In this document: one piece after another, positions 1 to 11,500 of the stretch | Layout: each line of letters opens with the position of its first letter | Position numbering within the stretch: position 1 is the first letter of the stretch | IMG/VR virus record: IMGVR_UViG_3300028591_000073 | Location: 128,001-192,000 of that record | Source of the DNA: a virus | Taxonomy: Duplodnaviria > Caudoviricetes | DNA: 64,000 bases | Strand: one strand, 5' to 3' | Made by a program: the position numbers and the translations under genes | Notes under the pieces: model-generated | Told to the model about the DNA's origin: nothing | Databases searched by the model: none | Seen by the model: the letters and a program-made list of their open reading frames with translations, nothing else

Positions 1-3000
1 TGTTAAAATTTCTTTTTTCCATGCTTGATCAAAATAGGGAAGAATCTGATAATTTGGAATTTCTCTCATGCCTAAATCATCTGACGTAGGATGATAAATT
101 GAAACACCATTGATTTTGGGGATATTATAATATTCATTATAATCGTCATACTCATCCTCATTCAGATATCCGTTATTCCAAGTATCCATGATATTTGGTT
201 CTACATCTACATTATTCGGATTTGTAATGAAACCCATACTAATGTCTTGAAGATTTGTATGATTAGGATATCCATAAAATGCATATCGCATGTCTTGTCC
301 GATTAATTCATGATTAGATAAGAAGGCTTGTTGATAGGATGCGTATACATTCCCTTCCAAGTCAATATAAACACTATTCTTATTTGATAAAAGTGTGTCA
401 TTTACATCATCTACCAATTCGATCAATTCAAAATTCTTTAAAGAAACCAAATTGATTAATTGGAAAGATGTTGGTGATAAGATAATCAGATTCTCAACAC
501 CTTTGAGCTGACGACCGTTTACCCAGAATTCATATCTTCGTCTGGACAGAGGTGTTGGAATATATCCGGTTACATCAATGAATCCATTCTTGGGAATATT
601 GTAACAACAATATCTACATACATGCAGATGATTAGAACGAACCACTTGCCTGTATTCTCGATCGGTTCCCGATAAATATGGACCTCCACCATGATATGTT
701 AATCGCTTATCATATTGCTCATGACGAATATTGGAGATGGGATAACGAAGTTTGTTAATTGCATCACAGTAATACTCGAAAGGATTCATCATATATGTGC
801 CATCATTTGTAATCTGATCATCGGATGCTTTTTTGTATGTTACCGAGATATTGATGTCACATGTACATGGTGACGAATATGGATGATCCGGAATCAGAAC
901 GAATTCATCTGGAATTTCCATATACAATACATATTCCGATGGTATCTCAATCCATGAATCATCGTTTGTTGTGTAATTTGGTGTGATCAGTTCCTTTGAT
1001 ACATCAATATTGATGAGACCACCGATGCAACCATAATCGGAATCATGTAACACTGTACATGTATATGAATTATTGTGATCCAAGTCTACATTTGAATCGA
1101 TAATTCTGATGATTTGATTCTGATTTTCATCCACATCGGCAATTCCATGGAATATGATGGATGATACATTCCCATCATATTGAGATTTTTGATTGTCGAT
1201 ACAAATCAACTTGATATCCTCACCAGATAAGAAATTGTCAATTGGCTGTATGATTGTTGCAACATATGTGTTTTGATACAATGGCATTGGCGTGTGTGTA
1301 TCAATCAATGGATTCTTTACCAATACATGATATTCTTTTGCTGTTTCATGGATTGTGATTCCATCACTGCCATAATCATTGAGATATACATCCATATGAC
1401 AGAATCTTGGTTTTGGTGTATATGGTCGATCTCCTCGATGTGGCAAGCTGTTCCGTTTGATTTTAAATACCATTGCAGTCTCTGCATCATTTAAATCTGG
1501 TTTGATATCATGGAAATAAGCTTCCCAATTTTCTTTGGATGAGTGTGCTTCCAATGTCCCAGTTGCATCATAATGATAGTATTCTTCCAAATCCAAATGC
1601 TTTCTGATACATAACTTATCATACACATCTGTTTTGATTTCATCCGGATTATCTGGAATATTGTTGTTTGTTGACAGAATCGGTTTGAAACGAACATTGC
1701 ATGTTTTATCATGCAACGTGATTTCATCAAATACATCTGCCGTTTGATATGCGAAATAAATGAAGATTCTGTCTGCTTCAGGGAACTCTTCATTGTTGAT
1801 ACCTTCGATATATACACGATTGAACGTGCGTACACGATAAGCATCATATACATCCGTGTCATCAAAATTGGTATAGGTGTATGTGTCAGTCGCAACTGTC
1901 TTGACAGTATACGATGATGGTTTAATCCATTCCTTTTTATCCCAATTATACAACAACACTTCCAATTTACTGGACATGGGAATGTCACGTACATCGAACT
2001 CATATGTTCTGGGAAGTCTGGTTCGATCATTTGTCATATAGGTTTGTGCAGCTTCATATGATGTGACATTATACCACGTTGTCGCATGCTCTGGTTCATC
2101 CAAATAGGATGCTAATTTGGAAACCTTATCTTCCATGGATTTTATATCCAATTCCGATTGTTCAATTTGACGTTGTAATTTGATACGTTTACTTACCGTG
2201 GATGTCTGAACCAGTTGTGTGTGCAACTCTTGTAACGTATCTTTTTCCATTGCAATCTTCGATTCTAACTTCTCCATCAATTTTTGATATGTGAGTTTTT
2301 CCAAATTGATTACATTATGATCATTTGGTTCATCTCTTAAAATCGGATACAATTCTGGATCTGTTAATAAAGAACGATTTACATTCATTAACTTTACACA
2401 CATATGTGGCAATTCATTCTCGTAATGATGCCAACAATTCCATCCCATAAAATGAAAACGATAATGTTTATGTGCTTCATCTGGATATGGATTTGGAATG
2501 ATGTTATGGAACATGCCATTCACACGAGTATATACATAATCCCCATGTGTGTAAACATACACAGGGTCCCCAGGTACTGATAACATATCGGGATAATCTT
2601 CATCGTAGAATTCTAATTCTGGATCATACGATGGATTATAGTACATCTTGTAATCTGAATTGGAAAATTCATCTAAGAAGTTGGAAATGTTATCATCCAA
2701 TACTGTACATGAGATATCAGTTGTAAGATACCGATGAATCAATGTGGGATCTGTCATGGAAATCCATTTTGCATGACGGTGATCTACCCGTGCTTCCACG
2801 AATCCACGAGATTGGGAATGATCAATTGCTGTGATATAAGCTGGGAAAGTATAATGTAAATCATCATTTGTTGTGATATAAATCTTTTGATTTTCAAAGT
2901 ATTTACCACCAATAGATTCTATATCTTGACCAGTTGTTGCATTATTCGTGATCGTGATCTCCGGATGTATAATTTGTGATGGTTTGAAAAATAATTCTGT

Positions 3001-6000
3001 TGTTGGACAGCTGCCAACATCACTGAGAATGAATCGATTGATATCTTGATTTGATAAATAGATGCGATCAATGGATCCCGGTAACATGGTTCTCTTTTGT
3101 AGAATCATTTCTGAAGTATGCTGTAATTGTTGATACCGATTACCATATAACATCTCATAATTAGAACCATTTACTTTGGATACAACTGTACATCCATCTT
3201 CATTCACATGCATATCTTCATGGATGTTTTGCAAATCCACATGTGTATTTGTGGTATGATACAACATCTCCATCGATTGTAATAATTGTGCAGAATTACT
3301 GATTCTACGGAATGTGATACGACCAGAACGATCTGCAATCATGGTTCCATCTTTTCGATAGAATGAGAATGTCAAATCTTCCAATGTATTTCCATTAAAG
3401 AATACATATTCACAATTCTTACGGATTCCACCATGTCTTTTCACAACGTATTTCCCATCAACATATTGGGATGCGACATTAAAATATAAATTCTTTGTAC
3501 TTGACATGGTTGGCTTGTACAATGGTGGATACAGATGATTATCATCTGGAGAACTCGTTAACGTGACCATCATGTATGAAGGTTGTTCATTCCATGGTGA
3601 GACTGTGATATCTCGATCATCTGGTACGGTACTGTCATATTCTTGAATTTCATCAATCACATACATGTCGAATACATAATTTTCCATGGCATCATTTACA
3701 TATTCTTCCATGTTTGCAATGTAATTATTTTTTGCATCTTCAATGGATGTTAAGATATCTTGATAAACATCAAAATCGTTTATATTATTTAATAATCCAT
3801 CACGGAAATCATCCAAGTTTTTATACATTGTGGATGGTTGATTTTTAAATGTTGTACGTGCCGGTGATTTATCCGTGTCATCCAAATCAGAAACGGCATT
3901 TGCAATGGAATCATGATTGTAAAAATACCCGTGATCAAGATACAAATGTAATTGTTTGAATTGATAAATGTTTTGTTGCTTGTGGAATTTCTTGAAATAT
4001 AAATACAGATTCCGAACACGACGAATGGTATTTGTTTTAAATCCATATCGATAATACATATGCTTCAAACACTTCAACCACCAATCAATACTCCGATACA
4101 AGTTTTGATATGTGTCACGTGTAATGGAAAGCGGATTTGTCCATATCCTTGTTGTACCAAAATCCCATTTATTATCAGATTGCAATTGTAAATACATATT
4201 CAACAACTTGTCCAAAATACCATTCGTAGTTCCATGTTTCAAAAATGGCTCATGATCAATCAAATGATTTAATGTAAGCTCTGTGTAATGATGTGGTTTA
4301 TCCGATGCGGTAGTTCGGAATTTCACCAATTCATCATAAATCTTTTCCAATGCTTCTTTGGAAGATTCTATGACAAATGTGTGGTTTACACCAGTCTTGT
4401 AATTCGTTTCCAAATAACTGATGAGATCACGAACACAATTCAAATATTTTGTACACAACTTAGCCAATTGCATGTCGTAATAATATACTTGCAATCCAAT
4501 TGAAGTCCCCATCAACCAATGTTCTTGATCAATTGCCATGTTGTCAATTAACATATACTTTGTGTCTGTTTGTCCATAATCTCCAAATGTGTAAGCATAT
4601 GCATCATTGTCCAAACGTGTGGTTCCTTTAAAAATACCTGGAATCCCATAATACAAATGGGAGTTCCCGTCATTCAATATATTGGATGTTGTTGTATTAA
4701 CTGCAAATGAGGTATAGAATTGAGAAAAGTTCACGGGAATCATTGGTTGATTTTCAAATGCTTTTGCAATATTATAATCCAAATATCTTTCATCAAACTT
4801 GTCATTTGTTAAAATATGATAGAACATCGCTTGTGAATTATCATCACCATCATTCAATATAGAAAGTGTGTAGAACAGATAGTTCAATGCAAACGGTGCT
4901 CTTTCGGAAGATTCTGTATACTGATGAATCTGGTCGGATGTGATATTCGCACGATCATATTGTATCTGAGACCAGTCCGTGTGAACCAAATCCTTCGTAT
5001 CAATCTTACCACGTAACATGTCAGACATGACTTGCACAACTGTTTCATCCGAATATGTTCCATATAAGATCTTCGACAATTTCATCAATTGATTTTCGAC
5101 ATCCCAATATCTGATAAAGCCAAGATAACGTTCTGTCTCTGTGATAAAGGTATCATAATCCAATACATCTGTCAATGTAAATGTATCATCAATTTCTTGT
5201 GCACTTGGATAGAAGGTATCAGTATATAACACGAAGAATTTGAACATGTCATCTTCATATAGATTATTATTGATATAGAAGGTATTCTCGATTCCTTTGA
5301 AACGTTTGATATTGGGATATGCAAATACCCATGCTTGGTCATCTTTGGAATATGCCAATGAAATAAAACACTGTTCTGTGATTGGTCGATTGAATCGATT
5401 TGGAGATGTCTGCTCTAATAAGAAATTATCAATATCAGCTTGCATGTTATTGAATACTTGTAATGATTTGCAACCACGATATGGATCTGACAATCTTTCC
5501 ACAAATGCCTGGTATGCTTCTTCATAGAATGCAGGATGAATCAACTCTCGATAATCGTATTTATTATCCCAATCATCCTCTGAATAGAATGTTAATTGAT
5601 CAATGGATTCCATGAAATCCGAGAATTCCGATACCAATTCCGAAGAAACCAGATTTGTCAATAATGCACCTTTCACATATGCCGTATAATATGGATATAA
5701 AGACCGGTATATATTCCGTAATGGTGTAATCACTTTCGTTTTGAACTGTTCATATGTTTTAAAACTCTTCATCAACAATGCTTCTGTTATTTTGGAAATA
5801 GTTTGACGGTGTGTTTCCATATACTGATACAGATTGACACATTTTACCAATACATCAAACTGTAAATCATATGTTCGATCAATACAGATTGGAGGTGTAC
5901 AGATGGGTGGATCATAGAAGGGTGTGTCATCCTGTGTGGAAGCAACGATGGGATTTCCATCCAAATTCACAACAGGATTATTTAGATCCGTATAAACAGG

Positions 6001-6984
6001 ACGATTGTGTGTGAAATTCATATAATTTAATGCGGGAAAAATGCCATTGATTTCATGTAAGAATTTTGTGTGATAAATCATCATTGTCAAGCTGGTGGGT
6101 TGATAACGTTCCAACATTTGTAATACAGCAATCTGTAAATGAGGAATACATAACACACCTTTCTCATCAATTGTACCAAAGTTTGGAACAACTTGTACTT
6201 GCTTGACATAATCATCCATATAAATATCAACAATGCAGTTCTGGGATACATCAGATATTTTACCGGTGTCAAACTTGAGATAAGTTCCGTTAATGTCAGA
6301 TGGGGAAAGTTGCATTACTGTCACATCTGTTTGATCGAGTTTATAAATGATGACTTCCGCATTGCCCAAACCACCATATGCAAACTTAAAACGGAATCCA
6401 TAATCATTGAATCCCACATAGAATTCATTACAGATTTTGCCATTGATGGTACACAGCAGTGAGAAATCCAATAGTTTCGTATATGCATTCGTAGTGAATT
6501 CCGACACGTGAATGTATTGCCGATTTACAGAATCATGCATCTTGTTTAACTTTTGACGAATGAATTCATCACGTTCTCCAAAGTGTAATTGATCATATGG
6601 AACATCTGCAATATAATAAGAAGATCCACGTTCCATATGAATGCTTTTATCACTCAGATTATCAGCATGATACAATACAGCGTGTGTATTCACCAACATC
6701 TTACCCATGGCTCTACGTAATGTTTGTTCATACGTTTTTACCATAGCATCATCCACATCTTTAAAACTATAATTGGATTTGGACAATAACTCCATTAGTT
6801 TTTCAAATCCATATTTGTTACCCATAATTCCAAATGGTTGTTGTTGTAATAATTCAGAATGGGTTTCTTGTAAACGTTTATAACGATTTCCGATATCTAC
6901 CCAACTGGTATCATATGCTGTAAAGTATTTGTGAAACTCATAAAACCAGTCGTTGTAATTTATTTTCATATCATCATCTGACAT
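1..6984 (-). CDS. Giant protein (>2300 aa, runs off the left edge), probable virion structural protein
   Basis: Frame begins ATG 6984 or ATG 6969 (MKINYNDWFYEFHKYF...) and is open in the same frame at the window edge (...RFFPILIKHGKKEILT). Not every codon between was checked. Probably absent from the track because there is no stop in the window. Function inferred from size and context only. Confidence 0.75.
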   Translation of the reverse strand, partial: MSDDDMKINYNDWFYEFHKYFTAYDTSWVDIGNRYKRLQETHSELLQQQPFGIMGNKYGFEKLMELLSKSNYSFKDVDDAMVKTYEQTLRRAMGKMLVNTHAVLYHADNLSDKSIHMERGSSYYIADVPYDQLHFGERDEFIRQKLNKMHDSVNRQYIHVSEFTTNAYTKLLDFSLLCTINGKICNEFYVGFNDYGFRFKFAYGGLGNAEVIIYKLDQTDVTVMQLSPSDINGTYLKFDTGKISDVSQNCIVDIYMDDYVKQVQVVPNFGTIDEKGVLCIPHLQIAVLQMLERYQPTSLTMMIYHTKFLHEINGIFPALNYMNFTHNRPVYTDLNNPVVNLDGNPIVASTQDDTPFYDPPICTPPICIDRTYDLQFDVLVKCVNLYQYMETHRQTISKITEALLMKSFKTYEQFKTKVITPLRNIYRSLYPYYTAYVKGALLTNLVSSELVSEFSDFMESIDQLTFYSEDDWDNKYDYRELIHPAFYEEAYQAFVERLSDPYRGCKSLQVFNNMQADIDNFLLEQTSPNRFNRPITEQCFISLAYSKDDQAWVFAYPNIKRFKGIENTFYINNNLYEDDMFKFFVLYTDTFYPSAQEIDDTFTLTDVLDYDTFITETERYLGFIRYWDVENQLMKLSKILYGTYSDETVVQVMSDMLRGKIDTKDLVHTDWSQIQYDRANITSDQIHQYTESSERAPFALNYLFYTLSILNDGDDNSQAMFYHILTNDKFDERYLDYNIAKAFENQPMIPVNFSQFYTSFAVNTTTSNILNDGNSHLYYGIPGIFKGTTRLDNDAYAYTFGDYGQTDTKYMLIDNMAIDQEHWLMGTSIGLQVYYYDMQLAKLCTKYLNCVRDLISYLETNYKTGVNHTFVIESSKEALEKIYDELVKFRTTASDKPHHYTELTLNHLIDHEPFLKHGTTNGILDKLLNMYLQLQSDNKWDFGTTRIWTNPLSITRDTYQNLYRSIDWWLKCLKHMYYRYGFKTNTIRRVRNLYLYFKKFHKQQNIYQFKQLHLYLDHGYFYNHDSIANAVSDLDDTDKSPARTTFKNQPSTMYKNLDDFRDGLLNNINDFDVYQDILTSIEDAKNNYIANMEEYVNDAMENYVFDMYVIDEIQEYDSTVPDDRDITVSPWNEQPSYMMVTLTSSPDDNHLYPPLYKPTMSSTKNLYFNVASQYVDGKYVVKRHGGIRKNCEYVFFNGNTLEDLTFSFYRKDGTMIADRSGRITFRRISNSAQLLQSMEMLYHTTNTHVDLQNIHEDMHVNEDGCTVVSKVNGSNYEMLYGNRYQQLQHTSEMILQKRTMLPGSIDRIYLSNQDINRFILSDVGSCPTTELFFKPSQIIHPEITITNNATTGQDIESIGGKYFENQKIYITTNDDLHYTFPAYITAIDHSQSRGFVEARVDHRHAKWISMTDPTLIHRYLTTDISCTVLDDNISNFLDEFSNSDYKMYYNPSYDPELEFYDEDYPDMLSVPGDPVYVYTHGDYVYTRVNGMFHNIIPNPYPDEAHKHYRFHFMGWNCWHHYENELPHMCVKLMNVNRSLLTDPELYPILRDEPNDHNVINLEKLTYQKLMEKLESKIAMEKDTLQELHTQLVQTSTVSKRIKLQRQIEQSELDIKSMEDKVSKLASYLDEPEHATTWYNVTSYEAAQTYMTNDRTRLPRTYEFDVRDIPMSSKLEVLLYNWDKKEWIKPSSYTVKTVATDTYTYTNFDDTDVYDAYRVRTFNRVYIEGINNEEFPEADRIFIYFAYQTADVFDEITLHDKTCNVRFKPILSTNNNIPDNPDEIKTDVYDKLCIRKHLDLEEYYHYDATGTLEAHSSKENWEAYFHDIKPDLNDAETAMVFKIKRNSLPHRGDRPYTPKPRFCHMDVYLNDYGSDGITIHETAKEYHVLVKNPLIDTHTPMPLYQNTYVATIIQPIDNFLSGEDIKLICIDNQKSQYDGNVSSIIFHGIADVDENQNQIIRIIDSNVDLDHNNSYTCTVLHDSDYGCIGGLINIDVSKELITPNYTTNDDSWIEIPSEYVLYMEIPDEFVLIPDHPYSSPCTCDINISVTYKKASDDQITNDGTYMMNPFEYYCDAINKLRYPISNIRHEQYDKRLTYHGGGPYLSGTDREYRQVVRSNHLHVCRYCCYNIPKNGFIDVTGYIPTPLSRRRYEFWVNGRQLKGVENLIILSPTSFQLINLVSLKNFELIELVDDVNDTLLSNKNSVYIDLEGNVYASYQQAFLSNHELIGQDMRYAFYGYPNHTNLQDISMGFITNPNNVDVEPNIMDTWNNGYLNEDEYDDYNEYYNIPKINGVSIYHPTSDDLGMREIPNYQILPYFDQAWKKEILT

Positions 6985-8428
6985 ATTGTTTCTTACCCAA
7001 GAATACTATTGTATTCAGACAGTAAGCTCATACCCAGTGTCGTCTGGGCTGTTTATATTCACAAATCAAGTAAGTCAGGATAACCTACTTTCTATATTAT
7101 TTTACGACACTTGAATGTCCTTGATTGTGAATTTTCTTATACTCCAAGAATTCACTTGTCTTAATGCTTCATTACGTAGATTGATAGCAGCATTCCAGTC
7201 TCTATCAATTGTTAATCCACATGAAGGACATTGATAAACTCTGTCTTTGAGTTGTAAATCTTTCTTAACATATCCACATCTATGACACATTTTAGATGAA
7301 CAAAACCACATATCTGCTCTAATGACAATATGGAATGGTTGTCGCAATTGCTTATATTCTAACATGGTTCTGAATATTCCAAATGCATTATCATATGTCG
7401 ATTTGCCTAACTTGAGAGATCTTCCAATATTTTGCATATTGATATCTTCAACGCCAATCACATCGTAGTTCTTGGTTATTGAACTACTCAGTTTGTGTAA
7501 GAAGTCATATCTTTGATTGGAAATATGCTCATGAAGTTTAGATGATTTAACTCTAGTTTTATCCCAATTTTTTCCATGAAGAGTTTGTCTACTTAATTTC
7601 TTATTAAGTATTCTTAAACGTTTTTCTGCTTTTCTGTAGTATCTGGGATACCCAGCAGAATTGCCATTGGAATCAACATATAATGATTTAGATGAATAAT
7701 CTAAACCAAGTATATTTAATTCATTATTTGGATTTAAGATGAAGCATTTACCAGATATCCCTTCTCTATCATCTTCATAATGATAACATATTGAAATATA
7801 ATATTTACAAGAGGAAGATTTAGAAATAGTGATATGCCCAAGTATCCAATGTTCGGGATGTTGTTTTTCTCTATGAGAGAATTTAGTCCAGCCTATAACT
7901 GGAATCTTTATTGATTTATTATCCCAGTTTATGCGAATATTCTCACCATGATAGTCAACATAACTTTGTTTACTTGTTTTTTTCTTAAATCTGGGAAATC
8001 CGACTGGTTTACCATCCTTTCTAAATTTCCAAATGTTTTTATTCTTTCGATAGATGTCCCACATACGATTGTATGCTTGTTTAAGAAACATCTTTTCATT
8101 ATTCATAGCATGTCTGTCAATGATGAGGTCCTTATTAGATTTATTCAAGAATGGATGTTCTGATATGATATCACAGCAGTTAACTATTGTAGCTGATACT
8201 TCTTTATCGAAGAATGTTTGTGAAAGTTTCTCGAGAAGTTTATTCCACATAAATCTACAACATCCGAATGTATCATTGATAATCTTCTTTTGTTGTTCGT
8301 TTGGAAATATTTGAAACTTCCTACTGACATAGATTGTTGACATATAATTCACCTTCTTTATTTATTTTATCATGTGAATTATATGTGCATAATAATTATA
8401 TATTCTACATTGTAACATAAATAACATA
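6962..8428 (-). mobile_element. tnpB-only IS200/IS605-like (IS1341-type) element with putative omega-RNA at its right end
   Basis: tnpB with no tnpA. TTGAT lies immediately outside the proposed left end (8429-8433). About 140 nt of structured sequence follows the tnpB stop. Boundaries are inferred. Confidence 0.55.
7102..8343 (-). CDS. tnpB: TnpB RNA-guided endonuclease
   Basis: N-terminal HTH (FGCCRFMWN), RuvC-I GLDYS, RuvC-II GVEDI, Zn ribbon CHRCG...CPSCG, RuvC-III DRDWNAAINL; catalytic D/E/D intact. Start moved to ATG 8343 after the GAAGGTGA RBS. Confidence 0.95.
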   Translation of the reverse strand: MSTIYVSRKFQIFPNEQQKKIINDTFGCCRFMWNKLLEKLSQTFFDKEVSATIVNCCDIISEHPFLNKSNKDLIIDRHAMNNEKMFLKQAYNRMWDIYRKNKNIWKFRKDGKPVGFPRFKKKTSKQSYVDYHGENIRINWDNKSIKIPVIGWTKFSHREKQHPEHWILGHITISKSSSCKYYISICYHYEDDREGISGKCFILNPNNELNILGLDYSSKSLYVDSNGNSAGYPRYYRKAEKRLRILNKKLSRQTLHGKNWDKTRVKSSKLHEHISNQRYDFLHKLSSSITKNYDVIGVEDINMQNIGRSLKLGKSTYDNAFGIFRTMLEYKQLRQPFHIVIRADMWFCSSKMCHRCGYVKKDLQLKDRVYQCPSCGLTIDRDWNAAINLRNEALRQVNSWSIRKFTIKDIQVS

Positions 8429-8474
8429 ATCAACAAGTTTAATCATCTCCTACAATAAAAGTTACAGATTCGTG

Positions 8475-8497
8475 AATGGGGGCTATTAGCCCCCATT
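8475..8497. terminator. GC-rich hairpin after RNAP beta gene
   Basis: AATGGGGGCTA-T-TAGCCCCCATT immediately past the stop codon. Confidence 0.6.
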
Positions 8498-8501
8498 TCT
8501 A

Positions 8502-11500
8502 TTATTCTTCCCATATTTTCTTACAAGTCCTTTTGAGCTCAATCAAACATTTGTTACCAGCAGCATTTACCACAAGTGATGGTACCATACGTTTTAACAC
8601 GGACGTTGGTGCCTGGAACAAGTCGATTGGTTCGTCCGGACGGAATTCAGAATATGGTTCCAATCCATCAGGAATGATTTCTGAGATAACTTGTTTACAT
8701 GCGGAATAGTCTGCGATCTTATCTCCAACAGATACTTCATCATCATGTGAGATATAGATCTCCACTAAGACATCGCAATAGATACCCTTGATGGAAGGTG
8801 TTTTCAATGGTTCAGTTGGACGATCATACAGCGTTCCCAATTTGTAAACAGTACTTGTGCCATCATACTTATCCAAGATCTTACGCTTTGCACGATTTTG
8901 TTTAAAGTGTTCAGATACAATTTTAAACAGAGATGGAGATAATTTATCCAAACTCTTATTTGTGTAGATACGCACATCTACAACCTTACCTGCGTTCTCT
9001 GCTTTTTTGATTCGTTTAAAGGAATCATCTTCTGCAGTTGCTCCAAATGCTTTCAAGAAGTTGTCGACAGATTTATCACCGACATTACCCAAGCCAAATG
9101 TTAATAATGGATCTCCGACTTCAATTTCATCACCGACTTGTACAATCTTATCCACATCTTCTGTCGCATCTAATTTGATGATTTCTTTCATGATAACAGT
9201 TGTTGACATTTTTTTGGACAGTCTTGTTGTCATCGCACCGGCATCTTCATATGTGAAATAGTTACCATAGAATGCGACTTTACCAATTGGACCAACATTC
9301 ATACGAACTTGTCCCATGGAATCTTTTGTAAAGTATTTTTCATGATATGCCAGAATGTCATTCTTTTTAAATGATTCACCGGGTTGGAAATTTGGAACCA
9401 GTTTGTTATTCACATAGAAGCCAGAACCAGAGTTGAATCCCATCTTGTCTCCCACAGGAACTGCTTGTTTCTCTTGGTTCTTATATTGGACGATCATGTA
9501 TCCATCTGCAATCTCCAATACTTTACCATCATCTTCTGCCATGACTGAGAATTCCTCTGTTAAATATGCAGGTGTAATTTCATCAACCCCATTTGAAATT
9601 AGTGCTGGTTCGGCACCAGCTGTGGATACGATATGCCCAGACTGTGAACAAGCCATGGCAATACGAATCGCATCATCTCGAGATACTGTTCCAGGTGTTA
9701 ATAATTCAGAAAAGGAAGATAATTGTAAATCATCAAATTCCGTATCTTCTACAGAATTTGTGGACGTATAACCACGAACAGATTCAATCTTAGGGTCAGC
9801 GGTTAATTGTCGTTGCATACCAACATTAGCAGAGTTTGGTGAAGCCATGGCAATCTTACCAATCATGGAGTCATTATAACTTCTTCTCGCTTTACTGTAA
9901 GAACGTGTGTTGTTAATACCACGGAATCCTTTTGTGGAAATAACTTCACGAGCATGCAGTTCGATTACCGGATTCAATGCAGAAATTTGGTTGCATGTTT
10001 CCAAATTGGTTAATTCTCCAATGATACAGTTTGGATTGAATTGAAATTTGGATTTACGTGAACGAGAACCAACCTTATTGTTGTACTTAGACATTTCTAC
10101 CGCCAAATGATAATGTATCATTGCAGGAATAATTTCCGAACAACGAATGCGATATAATGAGGAATTAAATTCGCTCGTGTAAGTATTATCGCATAATAGA
10201 TGTGTTGCATACAATAATAATCCACACAATGTATCCGGCATATTATAATGATGACAAACATCTGCAGTGATTGCATCCATGAAGAAATTATAATACGTAA
10301 TGAACGTTGTTAATTGTGAATATTGAGAGAAGAAATGTTGGTTGAATAAATCGACATAAATCGAATTCGATTCCATGATTGGAATATCAAAATCGGCAAA
10401 GTTATATGCTTTGGTATTTAAACGATAGAATCCATTGAATACCAATTGTCCATAAATGGTATTTCGAATGGCGATAGATTTATCTTTGAATGGATATACA
10501 ATGTAATTGGGATCCTTGAATCGTGGTTCGACAATCCGATATTCCACACCAGATTGTTTTAATAATGAAGAGATACCTTCCCACGCAGCAATTGCAACAC
10601 CCATTGGGACTGTACCACCAATCTTAATGGTAGCATACATACTTGTCTTACCTGGCTTTGTTTTGTAGAATTCGGATTGTAATGCATCTGGCAATAAATC
10701 AACGATTGTTTGTACGATTGTTTTGTCTTGTCTGGTCTTGGAAGTTTCTGTATTAACAACAACTGGAGTCTGTCCAATCATACCACAACAGAATTCATCT
10801 TGATTTACAGTAACGAATTGCCATTTCTTCAAACAATCATTTCTATTGAAACAGAATTCTGCATTTGCTTCTGGAATGGTGAAAGAATACCACATTTTTG
10901 CAAACTCATCATATTCGATGGTGGATACATATTTCATATTGGAATTGATGTTGGAACCTAATTTCACATACTTGTTCGTGCCATCCGGCTTCAATTGTTT
11001 TTCTGCCAATTTACGTAAAGCCGTTAAGTCAACCAATGATTTGGTATCATATCGAGCCAATGTAATCTTATTGTAATTGCTTGTAATAATGGCAGTCTTC
11101 GGATTAATCTTTAATACTGGGATCGGAAAGTCTTGTTTGTCAATGGTATACCATGTGCCATTCACAAAGAAACGACCATTAAACATCTTAGGAATGAAGA
11201 TATGAATGATATTCTGCAATCCACTTTCTTTGCTTTTTAATGTAATCTTCCAGTCATTGATCATGGAAACTGCATTGGATTTATCTTGGATATCCACATT
11301 TGTGACAAAGAAACCATCGGCTGGTTTAGACAATCCCATGAGTGTGGCAACAATATCACGATCCATCAACTTGGATTCATATTCCTTGGTAACACGTGAA
11401 AATTGTGTACCACGTTTTGCAACACTCGTTGTGGTTGTTTTTAATGGACGATACGGTGCGGGTTTTGGTACATCATCCACTTGCACCAACTTATTGAATG

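Noticed and set aside
1-7000. Alternative genetic code or pseudogene decay explaining the lack of long ORFs
   Set aside because: A standard-code minus-strand frame is open and simply leaves the window; other genes are full length under the standard code.
6962-8428. IStron (group I intron plus tnpB)
   Set aside because: Only about 85 AT-rich nt lie between the left junction and the tnpB start, too short for a group I ribozyme.
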